Source: Histomonas meleagridis 2922-C6/04-290x (taxonomy: Eukaryota; Protista; Parabasalia). Taken from it: a stretch of DNA of 64,000 bases. How positions within the stretch are numbered: position 1 is the first letter of the stretch; the number at the start of each line of letters is the position of its first letter. The notes beneath the pieces are model-generated. The model was not told where the DNA came from and ran no database searches. It saw only the letters and a list, made by a program, of their open reading frames with translations. The stretch is taken from assembly GCA_020184695.1 (NCBI GenBank), contig JAANOX010000242.1, positions 1 to 64,000 of the forward strand, read 5' to 3'. This document shows, in pieces, positions 30,538-41,295 of the stretch. The translations under genes and the position numbers were made by a program.

Positions 30538-31275
30538 TTAAGCTTTAATTTCCTGTTTCTTTGGGATGATGGCAAAATCCAGCATCATTTGTTTTTGTTT
30601 TTTCATTGGCTTTGACTGTAGTTGTTCAACTTCTGCTTGAATTGATTGCTTAAGTTGTGGATCAATACTCTGTGTGGAAGTATGTGGATGTATTGGTGCT
30701 TGACGGCATTTCCCATACCGATTTCCAATCGTGGCGCGAACAATGGCCTCAACTGAGAGAACATCTTGTTGGTTTGTTACAGTGATCTTTGTCAAATTTT
30801 CTAATACGGCGATTTTGTTCATACCGCGTTTGACTGCTACTACAAGTAAAATAGCAGCGACAAGTGCGGCACGATTTAAAGTTTGATCATTTGGAAATTC
30901 ATTCTTAATATCCTCAAATATCTTTGAAGCTGTATGAGCATAACGGATAGGAATGTTTGCCATTAATGAAATTTGTTCAAATGTGAGATTGAATTCAACA
31001 TTTAAAAGTTGTCTTATGTTTGAAATTTTAGACATAAATCCATCAAGCCTCAATCCAGACATATTTGCAAGGCGTTGAAGCCTTTCTTCTGTAGCTTGAT
31101 TCTCTTTATAAAGTGCAAGTCCGACGCAGGCGCCTGGGTGTAAAACATTAGGAAAATCTCTTTGTAAATTTTTATAATAAAAAAGAGCATTATCTGCAAC
31201 ACGAATGCTTGTTTCAAGATCAGAAAGTCGACTTTGAAGAACATATGGTGAAATTATCTTCTTGTATGCGTGCAT
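30538..31275 (-). CDS. ORC6-like / TFIIB-cyclin-fold protein
   Basis: LANMSGL...IRQLL...ASKIF...LNRAALVAAILL parallels ORC6 (LIKLSGL...ECLL...ASKIL...LSRPLFTSAALL). Comparison from memory, not computed. Confidence 0.5.
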   Translation of the reverse strand: MHAYKKIISPYVLQSRLSDLETSIRVADNALFYYKNLQRDFPNVLHPGACVGLALYKENQATEERLQRLANMSGLRLDGFMSKISNIRQLLNVEFNLTFEQISLMANIPIRYAHTASKIFEDIKNEFPNDQTLNRAALVAAILLVVAVKRGMNKIAVLENLTKITVTNQQDVLSVEAIVRATIGNRYGKCRQAPIHPHTSTQSIDPQLKQSIQAEVEQLQSKPMKKQKQMMLDFAIIPKKQEIKA

Positions 31276-31343
31276 TGATTATTTTCCCGCCAAACATTAT
31301 TATCGGTTTCATGACGTTAAGGAAGTTTTGACAATTCTTGGAA

Positions 31344-31766
31344 ATGTTTGTCCAAAAAACAGTTTCATTACCACAGTTCCCAAGAGGATGCCATTTGATC
31401 ACTGATCTTTTGATTAAAAATATTCCAGAAATATCAAAGTTCAAGGTCGGTTTAATGAATCTTTTCATCCAACATACAAGTGCTTCATTAACAATTAACG
31501 AAAATTGTTGCGATGAAGTAAGAACGGACTTAGAATCGTGGATGAATCGCGTTGTCCCAGAAGGAAATCATTGGGAACATCGATTTGAAGGAGCAGATGA
31601 TATGCCAGCACACGCAAAATCTTCAATGATGGGTGTTTCGCTTAGCATTCCCATTACAGATGGTGCATTAAATTTAGGTACTTGGCAAGGAATTTATTTA
31701 AACGAGCACCGCAATCATGGAGGATCACGAAGCATTGTCATAACTATAACAGGCCAACCTAAATAA
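31344..31766 (+). CDS. yjbQ: UPF0047/YjbQ family protein
   Basis: QHTSASLTINEN, HRFEGADDMPAH and LGTWQGIYLNEHR signature motifs. Confidence 0.93.
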   Translation: MFVQKTVSLPQFPRGCHLITDLLIKNIPEISKFKVGLMNLFIQHTSASLTINENCCDEVRTDLESWMNRVVPEGNHWEHRFEGADDMPAHAKSSMMGVSLSIPITDGALNLGTWQGIYLNEHRNHGGSRSIVITITGQPK

Positions 31767-32138
31767 AGGTTTTTATAAGTGTTGTCGTCTTTAACATTTT
31801 TTGGTATTAGTACCAACTGTCTTTTTCTGTAAGCTTTTTGATATGTTCATTACTGTGAAAAATATTAAATTTGAAATTTTTTCTAGGTTTAGCAAAGCTT
31901 GTGTTTCTCAAATTAAAATGTTTATTTATGCAAGAAACATATATGTCAAAAAGATATCTTGATGTGATTTGAAATAAAATCATATATTAAAATAAAATAA
32001 CATCAGAGGAATTAAAATTTGTTTTTAAATAAAAGATATATTCATGTCATTAAGGATATCATTCTTGTTTAAGCTAAAAATTACATCAAAAGTGACATCT
32101 ATAGTTGGTCAGTTTGGAAAAATGTCACTTTTAACAGT

Positions 32139-32714
32139 ATGCTAAGTATTGTTGGACTTTGCGGACCAGACTGGGTATTAATTGCTGCTGATTCTTCAGT
32201 TTCATCATCAATCATTTGTATGAGCGAAGAATATGATCGTATTGTCGAAGTAGACAAACGAAATGCTCTTGCTATGGCAGGAGAAACAGGTGATTCTCTT
32301 CAGTTATCAGAATATATCCAAGGAAATGTAGCACTTTACAAATATCGAAATGGTATTGAACTCAGTACAGAAGCAATGAGCCATTATATCCGAAGCATCA
32401 TGGCAGAAGCCATTAGAAAGAATCCATATGAAGTCAACATGCTTCTTGGAGGATACGATGGAAAGCCTTCACTTTATTATATGGATTATCTTGGAACTCT
32501 TCAAAAGATCCCATTTGGTGCCCAAGGCTATTGCTCATATTTTGTTCTTTCTGTTTTCGACAAGTATTATAAACCGGGTATGACACTTGATGAAGGAAAA
32601 GAACTTATGAAAAAAGCATTAGATCAAATTAAACAGAGATTCACAATCGCCCCACATGGTTTCATTGTTAAACAAATCGATGCGAATGGAATCCAAAAGA
32701 TTACAATCAATTGA
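32139..32714 (+). CDS. PSMB2: 20S proteasome beta-4 subunit
   Basis: VLIAAD, GETGD...YIQGNV.LY, NPYEVNMLLGGYD and LYYMDYLG, with no catalytic N-terminal Thr. Confidence 0.92.
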   Translation: MLSIVGLCGPDWVLIAADSSVSSSIICMSEEYDRIVEVDKRNALAMAGETGDSLQLSEYIQGNVALYKYRNGIELSTEAMSHYIRSIMAEAIRKNPYEVNMLLGGYDGKPSLYYMDYLGTLQKIPFGAQGYCSYFVLSVFDKYYKPGMTLDEGKELMKKALDQIKQRFTIAPHGFIVKQIDANGIQKITIN

Positions 32715-33080
32715 GTAAAACTGATTTTTAATTTTTGACAAATTAAACATCAACGATTTTCTTTGTTAAAAAATAATGTTTGTAAAGCTTCATCCATCTA
32801 TGTCTCTATAAGTTTCTTTATAAAAATTTAATAAAAGTACAAAATTATGATATCTATGTATGTAAAAAAATTTTTGATATTGATTATTTTGATGCCAAAA
32901 AGCTGTAAAGCCAAAGATGCATTCCCATTAATGTTTTGTTTGAGTTGATATACACATATTTTGTTTTAATAAATTGTGCTCCCAGCAAAGATTTTAGACT
33001 GAGATAAAAAACAAAAATTTTATTTTTCATGAATGAGAATGAAACTGAAATTTTAACATAAAAAATATAATAAAAAACAT

Positions 33081-35888
33081 TTATTTTAGTGTAACAACAT
33101 CAATTTTTTGATCAAATTGATTTTTCAGATCTATATATTGACCTTTCGCAATATTGTAACAATAGGATCCATCAATTTCATCCTTCAAAATCTGTTTTTG
33201 TGTGTTTCCCCATATTAATTTCAATAAATTTTTATTTTCTTTCATTGTGTATATTCCAATCAAATTATTTGGTTTCTGAATTTTATCCAAAAGTGCCACA
33301 AAATGATTACGTTTGTACTTGGTTAAAATCATTGAGATTTCTCTGATTTCTTCTGTCTTTTTTATAAACGATCGTATAATAATCATTATTTTAGAGAAAT
33401 TGGGTGATATGCTAATGCTTTTTTCTTTCTTTATCGTACTTGGTTTAACATTTTCGAATGGAATAAACATTAATTTACTTTCATTTTTAACACTTTCTTC
33501 TAATTCAATGAATTCTGCAAGTGTATCATCTTCATAATCATCATAAATTTGTTTAATTGGTGATATAGTTAATGTATTTTCTTGTTTTGTCGGAGAATTA
33601 ATTTTTATTTCGGTTCTTTGATTTATAGAATTTTCGATTTTTTGTTCATTTTTTTCTATGTTTGAATTAAATTGATAATTCTTTTTGGTTTTCTTTGTTG
33701 TTGCTTGTTCATTAAAGTCACTTTCTGTTAAATTTAAATGTTGTTCGTTTTTATTATTTTTATTTATTGAATTATCAATAGTTAAAGTTATGGCACTTGG
33801 ATATTCTTTGTTATTGTCTGATGAATAATCATTTTGATTTAATTGTATTTCTTTAAATTTTGTACCATTTTTTTGCGGATTTTGTTGATTCTTAATTATT
33901 TTATTTTCGTTATGTTTTGGAATAAAATTATTTGATGAATAATTTTCATTATCTGATGAAAGGATTTGCTTTACTTGTTTATCATTACCATTATATGAAT
34001 TTTGTTGAATATTTATTTTCTTTTGGTTCAAATTTGGATTTGAGGAATAATTTTCATTATCTGATGATGAATCAATTTTCTCTGATTGATTAGTATTTCT
34101 TTCTTTATGCTTTGGACGAATTTGTAAATTTTGGTGATTAATGATTTTCTGTTGTGTTGAATTTATAAAAACATCTGAAGAAGAATCATTTTTTTCTGAT
34201 TGTTCATTATGTTTTGTATTAGTTTGTTGTTCATCGCTAAGATTTAGAATGAAGTTATCTGATGTATAATTTTTGTTATCTGATGAAATTTCTTTTGCTG
34301 GTTTTGTAATATTTTGTGAACTTTGTCGATTTTTTGTTTTCTTTTGATTTGAATTTGTATTTGTAAAATTATCTGATGAATAATTTTCGTTATCCGAAGA
34401 AGAAAGAAATTTTTCTAATTGTTTGTTTTCTTTTATATTATACTTTGTGTTTGGATGAGAACTTTGATGAGTATTATTTACTTTATTTAGATTAATATTA
34501 TCTGAAGAATAATTTTCATTGTCTGATGAAGAAACAATTTTATAAAATTGTTTTTTATTTATCTTTGTAATATTTGTTTGCAAATTTTCCCTATTATTAA
34601 TCTTCCTTTGTTTTGAATCTGGAGTTTTATTTATATAAACATTTGATGAAGAATCAATTTTTTCCAGTTGTTTAGTATCTCTTTTATAATGTCTTGGACT
34701 AATTTGTAAATTTTGTCGTTTGTTAATTACTTTATTTTCAATAATAATATCTGAGGAATAATTTTCATTATCTGGTGAATAAACATTTTTATTTATTTGT
34801 TTTGTATTTTGCTTTGTGTCATTTTTATATGATTTTTCGTGATTATTAATTTTCTTTCGTGCTGAATTTGGAGTCTTACTTATGAAGTTATCTGAAGAAT
34901 AAATTTCATTATCTGTTGTAGAATCGATTTCTATGTACTGTGTTTTGTTTATTTTATTGACTTGTGGATTTGATTTTGTTTGTTTATTGTTTCCATATTT
35001 TTGCGTATTGTTTGAAACTTTATTTGTTTGATTTATTCTTGTTTCTTCTTTTGCTTTATTTCTTTTTCTATTTTCATAATAACTATTTTGTTTGTTTTTG
35101 TTAGGACTCACATTCGTATCAAGTTGACTTGAGCTAAATGTATATTTATTTTTAGTATTTGAAAACTGTGAATTGTATTTTGATTGGTAATAACTTGACT
35201 TTAAATCCTGATCAAAATCTTCAATTTCTTCTTCTTCATCAATATCAGAGTGTAATGGATCTTCTGATGATGAGGAAGATGATTGCAATCCTGAAAGATG
35301 AAGATAATACTCATTCATTTTTTGAAAATTAGATTCAACTGTTTCTTGTGAAGTTGAAAAATATGGCCGATTTTGAAGAAATTTGTTGTCTTTTTTGGGG
35401 CTCCTTCGAAAAATGATTTTTGGTGATTCATTAACTGGTAAAATTTGTTCGTCATAAATTTCTGATTTATTTTGTATTTCTTCAACTGGTTTCAATTGTC
35501 TTTTAATTTTTGGACTTTGAATGACTTTTTTCTTATTAATTGTATTTTGGGAATTGTTATTTGTGTAAAAATTACTTTTCATGTGAACTTGCATTTTTGT
35601 GTATGGTTCATCTTGTGTTTGATCTTTTTTCTGTGGAATCTCAAATGAAGATGTTAAATTAATTGATTTTTTTAATAGTTTTTGATTTACATCAGATGCA
35701 CCATCTTTTTGAGTTCTATCTTTTTGTAGACTTCCAAATGTTTGACTAAAAGGTATTTGATCTTTTCTTGTAATTTCCACTTTAATCAATCTCTCATGAA
35801 ATTTGCTTTGCTTTGCACTATTAGGAGGATACTCGATTTTTGAAATTTTGGATGTGACAATAAAGTAATTTGAATCTTCATTCTTCAT
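33081..35888 (-). CDS. Low-complexity Asn/Ser/Lys-rich protein with C-terminal CKK (CAMSAP-type) domain
   Basis: Repeated SSDNENYSSD motifs. The last ~105 aa (NHFVALL, GIYTM, LIWGNTQKQI, YCYNIAKGQY, IDVVTL) follow the CKK pattern. ATG 35888 is preferred. Confidence 0.7.
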   Translation of the reverse strand: MKNEDSNYFIVTSKISKIEYPPNSAKQSKFHERLIKVEITRKDQIPFSQTFGSLQKDRTQKDGASDVNQKLLKKSINLTSSFEIPQKKDQTQDEPYTKMQVHMKSNFYTNNNSQNTINKKKVIQSPKIKRQLKPVEEIQNKSEIYDEQILPVNESPKIIFRRSPKKDNKFLQNRPYFSTSQETVESNFQKMNEYYLHLSGLQSSSSSSEDPLHSDIDEEEEIEDFDQDLKSSYYQSKYNSQFSNTKNKYTFSSSQLDTNVSPNKNKQNSYYENRKRNKAKEETRINQTNKVSNNTQKYGNNKQTKSNPQVNKINKTQYIEIDSTTDNEIYSSDNFISKTPNSARKKINNHEKSYKNDTKQNTKQINKNVYSPDNENYSSDIIIENKVINKRQNLQISPRHYKRDTKQLEKIDSSSNVYINKTPDSKQRKINNRENLQTNITKINKKQFYKIVSSSDNENYSSDNINLNKVNNTHQSSHPNTKYNIKENKQLEKFLSSSDNENYSSDNFTNTNSNQKKTKNRQSSQNITKPAKEISSDNKNYTSDNFILNLSDEQQTNTKHNEQSEKNDSSSDVFINSTQQKIINHQNLQIRPKHKERNTNQSEKIDSSSDNENYSSNPNLNQKKINIQQNSYNGNDKQVKQILSSDNENYSSNNFIPKHNENKIIKNQQNPQKNGTKFKEIQLNQNDYSSDNNKEYPSAITLTIDNSINKNNKNEQHLNLTESDFNEQATTKKTKKNYQFNSNIEKNEQKIENSINQRTEIKINSPTKQENTLTISPIKQIYDDYEDDTLAEFIELEESVKNESKLMFIPFENVKPSTIKKEKSISISPNFSKIMIIIRSFIKKTEEIREISMILTKYKRNHFVALLDKIQKPNNLIGIYTMKENKNLLKLIWGNTQKQILKDEIDGSYCYNIAKGQYIDLKNQFDQKIDVVTLK

Positions 35889-35962
35889 TTTTTTATAGAG
35901 CTTTTTCCCAATAAAAAAACGTTTACTATAACGTACAGAATGTGAGTTCGTTAACAAGATAA

Positions 35963-38125
35963 ATGAATATAAAAAGGTTTCTTTCTGATTCATATCGACA
36001 ACAAATAGATCAAAAAATTGATAGTTTAATATTAAATTATAAAATAAATCAAAGGGGCGAGGAAAAATTACGTGGAAATCTTTCTATTGATTCCGAAATA
36101 TCAAATATTACAGAAAATGATGCATTAAATCTATATAAGAAAAAATGTGTGGATTTAAAGTTAGCTCCAAATGAAGCTGGAGAGAAACGTTTTATTGAAC
36201 AATTCATGAATTCAATTTCCAAAAAATCTCTTCATTTAACTGGACTTGGATTAGGTCCAAGATGCATTTCTGGTCTTGTTGAAATTCTTTATTCAAATCC
36301 CAAAATTGTATTTATTGATTTATCATTAAATAAATTTGGCAACGAAGGTGCAAACATAATTGGACAATACTTAATGACCAACCCATCTCTTATTTACTTA
36401 GATCTTAGATCAAATAGTATTGGTGTTACTGGTTGTACCAACTTATTTCTTGGACTTCGACAAAATTATCATATAACGCATCTTGACATATCAGCTGTTA
36501 ATGGTATAGATCCTAATAGAGTTGGCACAGAAAGTTGCAAAGCACTTAGTGAAGTCATTGCATCAAGTCAAACCTTATCTAATTTGAATCTTTCAACATG
36601 TGGCATTACACCTGAAGGATGCAATTTTATTGGACCTTCTCTTGTTCAAAACACATCTTTAATGGTTTTAGATCTTTCTTCTAATCGTTTTGGCTCGATC
36701 GGTGCTAACAATTTATTTGCCTTAGATGGTTCTTTCGGATGTCTTTCCACTTTAAATCTTTCACGAAACGGAATTGGGAATAAAGCTTCACAAAGTATCT
36801 GTCATCAACTTGAAATTAGCAATACTTTGATGACTATTGATCTAAGTGAAAATGATCTTGGAAAACCTTTTTTAACACGACTTTATTCTGCCTTTCAAGC
36901 AGGTACCCAAGTACAGTCTCTTAATCTTTCTAATAATCGGTTTGGACCCGAATGTTCCGATTTGTTTCACATCATAATTCGCGATTTTCGTTCAATTAAA
37001 AATTTGAATTTATCATCGAATTCATTAAAGGACAATACGATTATACAATTATCTGATGCTCTTAAGCGAAACAATACAATAATTTCATTAGATCTTAGTC
37101 GTACTGATTGTTGTGATGATGGAGCATGTGCACTTAGTGGAGCAATTTCAACGCATTTATCATTACAAAGAATTTATTTAAGTTCCAATAAAATCACTGA
37201 TCTTGGCGGAGTACCAATTGTTAAATCTTTAGGCGTTAATAATACGTTAATATCGATTTCATTAAAAAATAACGAATTAAAAGATGAAACAGGTAATGAA
37301 CTATTAAAAGTACTTCAACAAAATCCTTCTGTTACTGATATTGATGTAAGTTATAATGATTTTAGTTATCGATGTTATGTTAAATTAACACAATCTATTG
37401 AAGAACATCGACATTCATTAAAGTCAAATGTTGAAGAAATTGCTAAGAAACATATAAATTACTTAAAAGAAGAAGAAAAGAAATTGTTCGATTTTAGAAA
37501 CGAAATACAAAAACAAACAGAAAATGTTAACTCATTAATTAATGAAAAAGATTCAAAGAAAATTGATTTCACAGAATTAAAAAAGAAGAAAGAAAATGAA
37601 ATAGAACAATGTAAACATGATCTTGATGAAATTACAGAAAAATATAAAATGATTACAAACGAAAGAAACGTTAAACAAGACGAATATAATTCGCAAAAAT
37701 TGGAACTTGAGAACGTATATCAAAAAGAAGCTCTTGAATATAAAAAAATTTCTTCTAAAAAAATCGCTTTAAGTGATAAATTAAAACAATTAAAAAGTGA
37801 ACAAAAAGCAAAAGAAATTGAAAACGCTCAAAAAATTGATGAATTAAAAGCAAAATTAAATGACGCAAGAGATCAATTAAGAGCTCAAATAGAAGATGCA
37901 CTGTCTGCAAAGGAGTTTTATATCGAAAAGGAAAAAAGAGAATTGGAAGAGGCAAAGGCTTTGGAAAAGGAAAATAAAAAGAAAAGAAAAAAGAAAAAAG
38001 GGACAAAAACAAAGAAAAAGGAAAATGTCAGCGCGCTTACAACGCCATATATAACAAATAGGCCAGTAAATAATAGATCTATAGTAAGACCAAAAACTTC
38101 ATTAGGAACAAGAAAAAGAGTGTAA
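35963..38125 (+). CDS. RNI-like leucine-rich-repeat protein with C-terminal coiled coil
   Basis: About 12 repeats of LxxLxLxxNxIGxxG(a/c)xxL, followed by a charged coiled coil and a basic tail. Confidence 0.88.
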   Translation: MNIKRFLSDSYRQQIDQKIDSLILNYKINQRGEEKLRGNLSIDSEISNITENDALNLYKKKCVDLKLAPNEAGEKRFIEQFMNSISKKSLHLTGLGLGPRCISGLVEILYSNPKIVFIDLSLNKFGNEGANIIGQYLMTNPSLIYLDLRSNSIGVTGCTNLFLGLRQNYHITHLDISAVNGIDPNRVGTESCKALSEVIASSQTLSNLNLSTCGITPEGCNFIGPSLVQNTSLMVLDLSSNRFGSIGANNLFALDGSFGCLSTLNLSRNGIGNKASQSICHQLEISNTLMTIDLSENDLGKPFLTRLYSAFQAGTQVQSLNLSNNRFGPECSDLFHIIIRDFRSIKNLNLSSNSLKDNTIIQLSDALKRNNTIISLDLSRTDCCDDGACALSGAISTHLSLQRIYLSSNKITDLGGVPIVKSLGVNNTLISISLKNNELKDETGNELLKVLQQNPSVTDIDVSYNDFSYRCYVKLTQSIEEHRHSLKSNVEEIAKKHINYLKEEEKKLFDFRNEIQKQTENVNSLINEKDSKKIDFTELKKKKENEIEQCKHDLDEITEKYKMITNERNVKQDEYNSQKLELENVYQKEALEYKKISSKKIALSDKLKQLKSEQKAKEIENAQKIDELKAKLNDARDQLRAQIEDALSAKEFYIEKEKRELEEAKALEKENKKKRKKKKGTKTKKKENVSALTTPYITNRPVNNRSIVRPKTSLGTRKRV

Positions 38126-38402
38126 TTAATTTAATTTGTTAATAAAGTTTTAGAGAATGAATTTTTATTATATCACTTTATTTGTAATTTTATGATGAAT
38201 ATCCGTTCTGAAAATTTTTGTCTATAAATGATATGAATAACGATCCGAAATTTTAACGTTAAGCGATGAAAAACTTATGATTCTGAAACTTTTTGTTCAG
38301 TATTTCAACACATATAGAATATTATTTGAATCGTTTGTTTTTTACAATATCGAAAGAGTCAGAAATTTTCTGTTAAGTTTTTTTAATCATTTGCACTTTT
38401 GC

Positions 38403-41090
38403 ATGATATCTTTATTTCTAATATTATTACATAACTATGTTCAAGCATTTGAATGGGATAATCGAACCAAGAAACTTACTATAAACAATCAAAGCGATTT
38501 TGCAAATATTACATCTATTAAGGATCAAATAAAATATCTTGAAATTGAAGGAAATAATGTTACATATATTCCAAGTGGTCAATTTACTGATGCTGAAGCA
38601 CTTCAACATATTAATTTATCTGATTCTGTAAAAACAATTCAAGAAAATGCTTTTCGAAATTGCCAAAATTTAACAAACATTAAATTTGGTACAGGTTTAT
38701 GTGAAATTTTAACATGTGCGTTTCAATCATGTTACTCTCTTCAATTCATCGATTTGCCTAAAAAAAATCTCACGATTGGTTCAAATGCATTTAATGAATG
38801 TTATTCTTTAACAAATGTTACAATTCCTTCAAGTCTTTTTTCATTAGATGGAACAGCTTTTGGTTCTTGTATAAGTTTAAAAAGCGTAACATTTGAAGAA
38901 AAAATAAATCTTACATCGATACCAGATAGCTGCTTTTATGGTTGTGGAAATTTAACAACTATTAATATACCTTCAAAAGTAACATCAATAGGAAGTCAAG
39001 CGTTTTATTCATGTTCAAGTTTACAAACTATTACATTACCCGAAGAAGTAACCGAAATCGGAAATCAAGCATTTTCAAGGTCTGGCATTACCTCATTTAA
39101 TATCCCAAAATATTTGACTCAAATAGGATCATCTGTTTTCTCTCATTGTATGAAATTAAATGAAATAATAATGAATGAAAATTTAACATCAATAGCTCAA
39201 TCTTTATTTTGTTCCTGTACATCACTAAAAACCATTAATATTCCGAATTTAATTCAAACAATTCAAGAAAATGCATTTGATGGATGTACATCTTTAACAA
39301 ATATAACTGTTGGAACAGGAGTTACATCTATATCAAATTATGCATTTCGATATTGTGCAATCAAATCATTTAATATTCCTTCAGCAACAACATCTATAGG
39401 CAAATATGCATTTAGTTCTTGTTCAGAGCTTTCAACATTTACAATCACAGAAAATAGTAAATTAACATCAGTTGGAGAATATGCATTTTCACATACAGGA
39501 ATAACTGAAATCATATTTCCAAAATCTCTTACATCTATTTCAGATAATGCATTTGAAAGTTGTTCAAATTTAAGTAAAATAGTTCTTGGAGATGTTAAAA
39601 TAATTTCCGCAAGTTTATTTTATGATTGCGTGAGTCTATATTCTGTTACATTAGGAAATTCTATAAATGAAATTCGAGGTTATTCTTTTATGAATTGCAA
39701 AAAGCTTACGCAGATTACATTACCTAACACAGTCAAAAAAATTGGTAATTATGCTTTTAGTTCAGCCGGACTTATAACAATAACAGATGTAAAAAATGTT
39801 GAACAACTTGGAGAAAATGTGTTTGAGCATTGTGAATCATTAACAACTATTGATATTTCAAATATTAAAACAATTTCAAAGAATGCATTTTCTTGTTGTT
39901 TAGCATTAAAAACATGTGTAATTGGAAATTCACTTGCAACAATTGGAGAATGTGTATTCCAAAATTGCATATCTTTAACGACTATTCATATTCCAAGTAC
40001 AACAACGTCAATAGGAAATATGTCATTTTCTAATACAGAATCATTGCAATCTATTGTAGTTGATTCATTTAACCAATACTATTGTAATTATTTAAATGAT
40101 GGTGTACTATATAATCAAAAACTAACAGAATTGATTGCTTATCCTGGATCAAAACAAGGGGAATGTATTATACCAGATTCAATAAAAATTATTAAAAATC
40201 ATGCATTTCATGGAAATAAAGGGGTGACACAATTATCGGGAGGTAAAAATTTGAAAACTATTGAAAATTATGCTTTTAGAAATGCAAGATTCATTAATAT
40301 TACACTTCCTGATTCAATTGTAACCATTGGTGCTCACGCATTTGAAAATTGTAATTATATGAATACACTATATATAGGTTCAAAACTTCAAAGCATTGGT
40401 GATTATGCATTTAATTATTGTACAGCTCTAAGATGTTTATTTTATTATGGTACAAAAGAACCAACTTATGGTAAAGATCCTTTTGGACATGTAACACAAC
40501 TAGTAAATTCAACAATTCAATGTTTAAATGAATATACAAGTAATACTTTTTGCGGATTTAATGTTCATTTTGGATCATTGACGGAATGTATTCCTGCAAC
40601 TGGAACATTTTCATATTCAAATACATTTGCTCCATCTGATCCATTTACAGCATCAGCACCAGTCAATTGGGAACTTACTGCTATTCCTTATACATCTGTT
40701 GTACTTACAAAATATTCTGAAATTATAGGTTCATATACTACCCAAACAATTAGTTTTTTATATACAAATAATCAACAAACTTATATGCCAATTGAAACTC
40801 AAATGTATTATTATACTTTTGGCGAAACATTTGTTACAATGACGTTCTATGAATATTCATTCGCACCTAATCAAAATAATAATAATAAATCAAATGTTAA
40901 AATCGGCACAACAGAAATTGTTATTATTGTTATAACCATCACAATTGTACTAAGCTGTGTAGCTGTAATATTATTAACATTCTTCAGAAATCGAAAGAAG
41001 GCACTTGCTGCAATTCAAAACAATCAAAAAAATGAAACAAAAAATCAGGAACCTGTAAATGATAATAGTGATGAAATTTTTGATATTTAA
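38403..41090 (+). CDS. BspA-like (TpLRR) cell-surface protein
   Basis: Signal peptide MISLFLILLHNYVQA, more than 20 repeats of IxIPxxVTxIGxxAFxxCxxL, a Thr/Ser-rich stalk, a TM helix followed by RNRKK, and an acidic tail. Confidence 0.95.
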   Translation: MISLFLILLHNYVQAFEWDNRTKKLTINNQSDFANITSIKDQIKYLEIEGNNVTYIPSGQFTDAEALQHINLSDSVKTIQENAFRNCQNLTNIKFGTGLCEILTCAFQSCYSLQFIDLPKKNLTIGSNAFNECYSLTNVTIPSSLFSLDGTAFGSCISLKSVTFEEKINLTSIPDSCFYGCGNLTTINIPSKVTSIGSQAFYSCSSLQTITLPEEVTEIGNQAFSRSGITSFNIPKYLTQIGSSVFSHCMKLNEIIMNENLTSIAQSLFCSCTSLKTINIPNLIQTIQENAFDGCTSLTNITVGTGVTSISNYAFRYCAIKSFNIPSATTSIGKYAFSSCSELSTFTITENSKLTSVGEYAFSHTGITEIIFPKSLTSISDNAFESCSNLSKIVLGDVKIISASLFYDCVSLYSVTLGNSINEIRGYSFMNCKKLTQITLPNTVKKIGNYAFSSAGLITITDVKNVEQLGENVFEHCESLTTIDISNIKTISKNAFSCCLALKTCVIGNSLATIGECVFQNCISLTTIHIPSTTTSIGNMSFSNTESLQSIVVDSFNQYYCNYLNDGVLYNQKLTELIAYPGSKQGECIIPDSIKIIKNHAFHGNKGVTQLSGGKNLKTIENYAFRNARFINITLPDSIVTIGAHAFENCNYMNTLYIGSKLQSIGDYAFNYCTALRCLFYYGTKEPTYGKDPFGHVTQLVNSTIQCLNEYTSNTFCGFNVHFGSLTECIPATGTFSYSNTFAPSDPFTASAPVNWELTAIPYTSVVLTKYSEIIGSYTTQTISFLYTNNQQTYMPIETQMYYYTFGETFVTMTFYEYSFAPNQNNNNKSNVKIGTTEIVIIVITITIVLSCVAVILLTFFRNRKKALAAIQNNQKNETKNQEPVNDNSDEIFDI

Positions 41091-41172
41091 GAGTAAACCT
41101 CATTTTTCTTTATTCTTTTATGTATAAGAATTATCATAAAATACACCATATTCATATGAAAGTAAATATAAT

Positions 41173-41184
41173 CCCCCCCCCCCC
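41173..41184. repeat. C12/G12 homopolymer
   Basis: Twelve consecutive C in a nearly pure AT intergenic region between convergent genes. Confidence 0.9.
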
Positions 41185-41295
41185 TCATTTTATATATAAA
41201 TAATTTTTTATTTTTTTGATATATATAAAAAAAAATGATTTAAAATTCTTATCAAATAAAATTTAAAAAATATCTAACAATAATAATATTTATTA

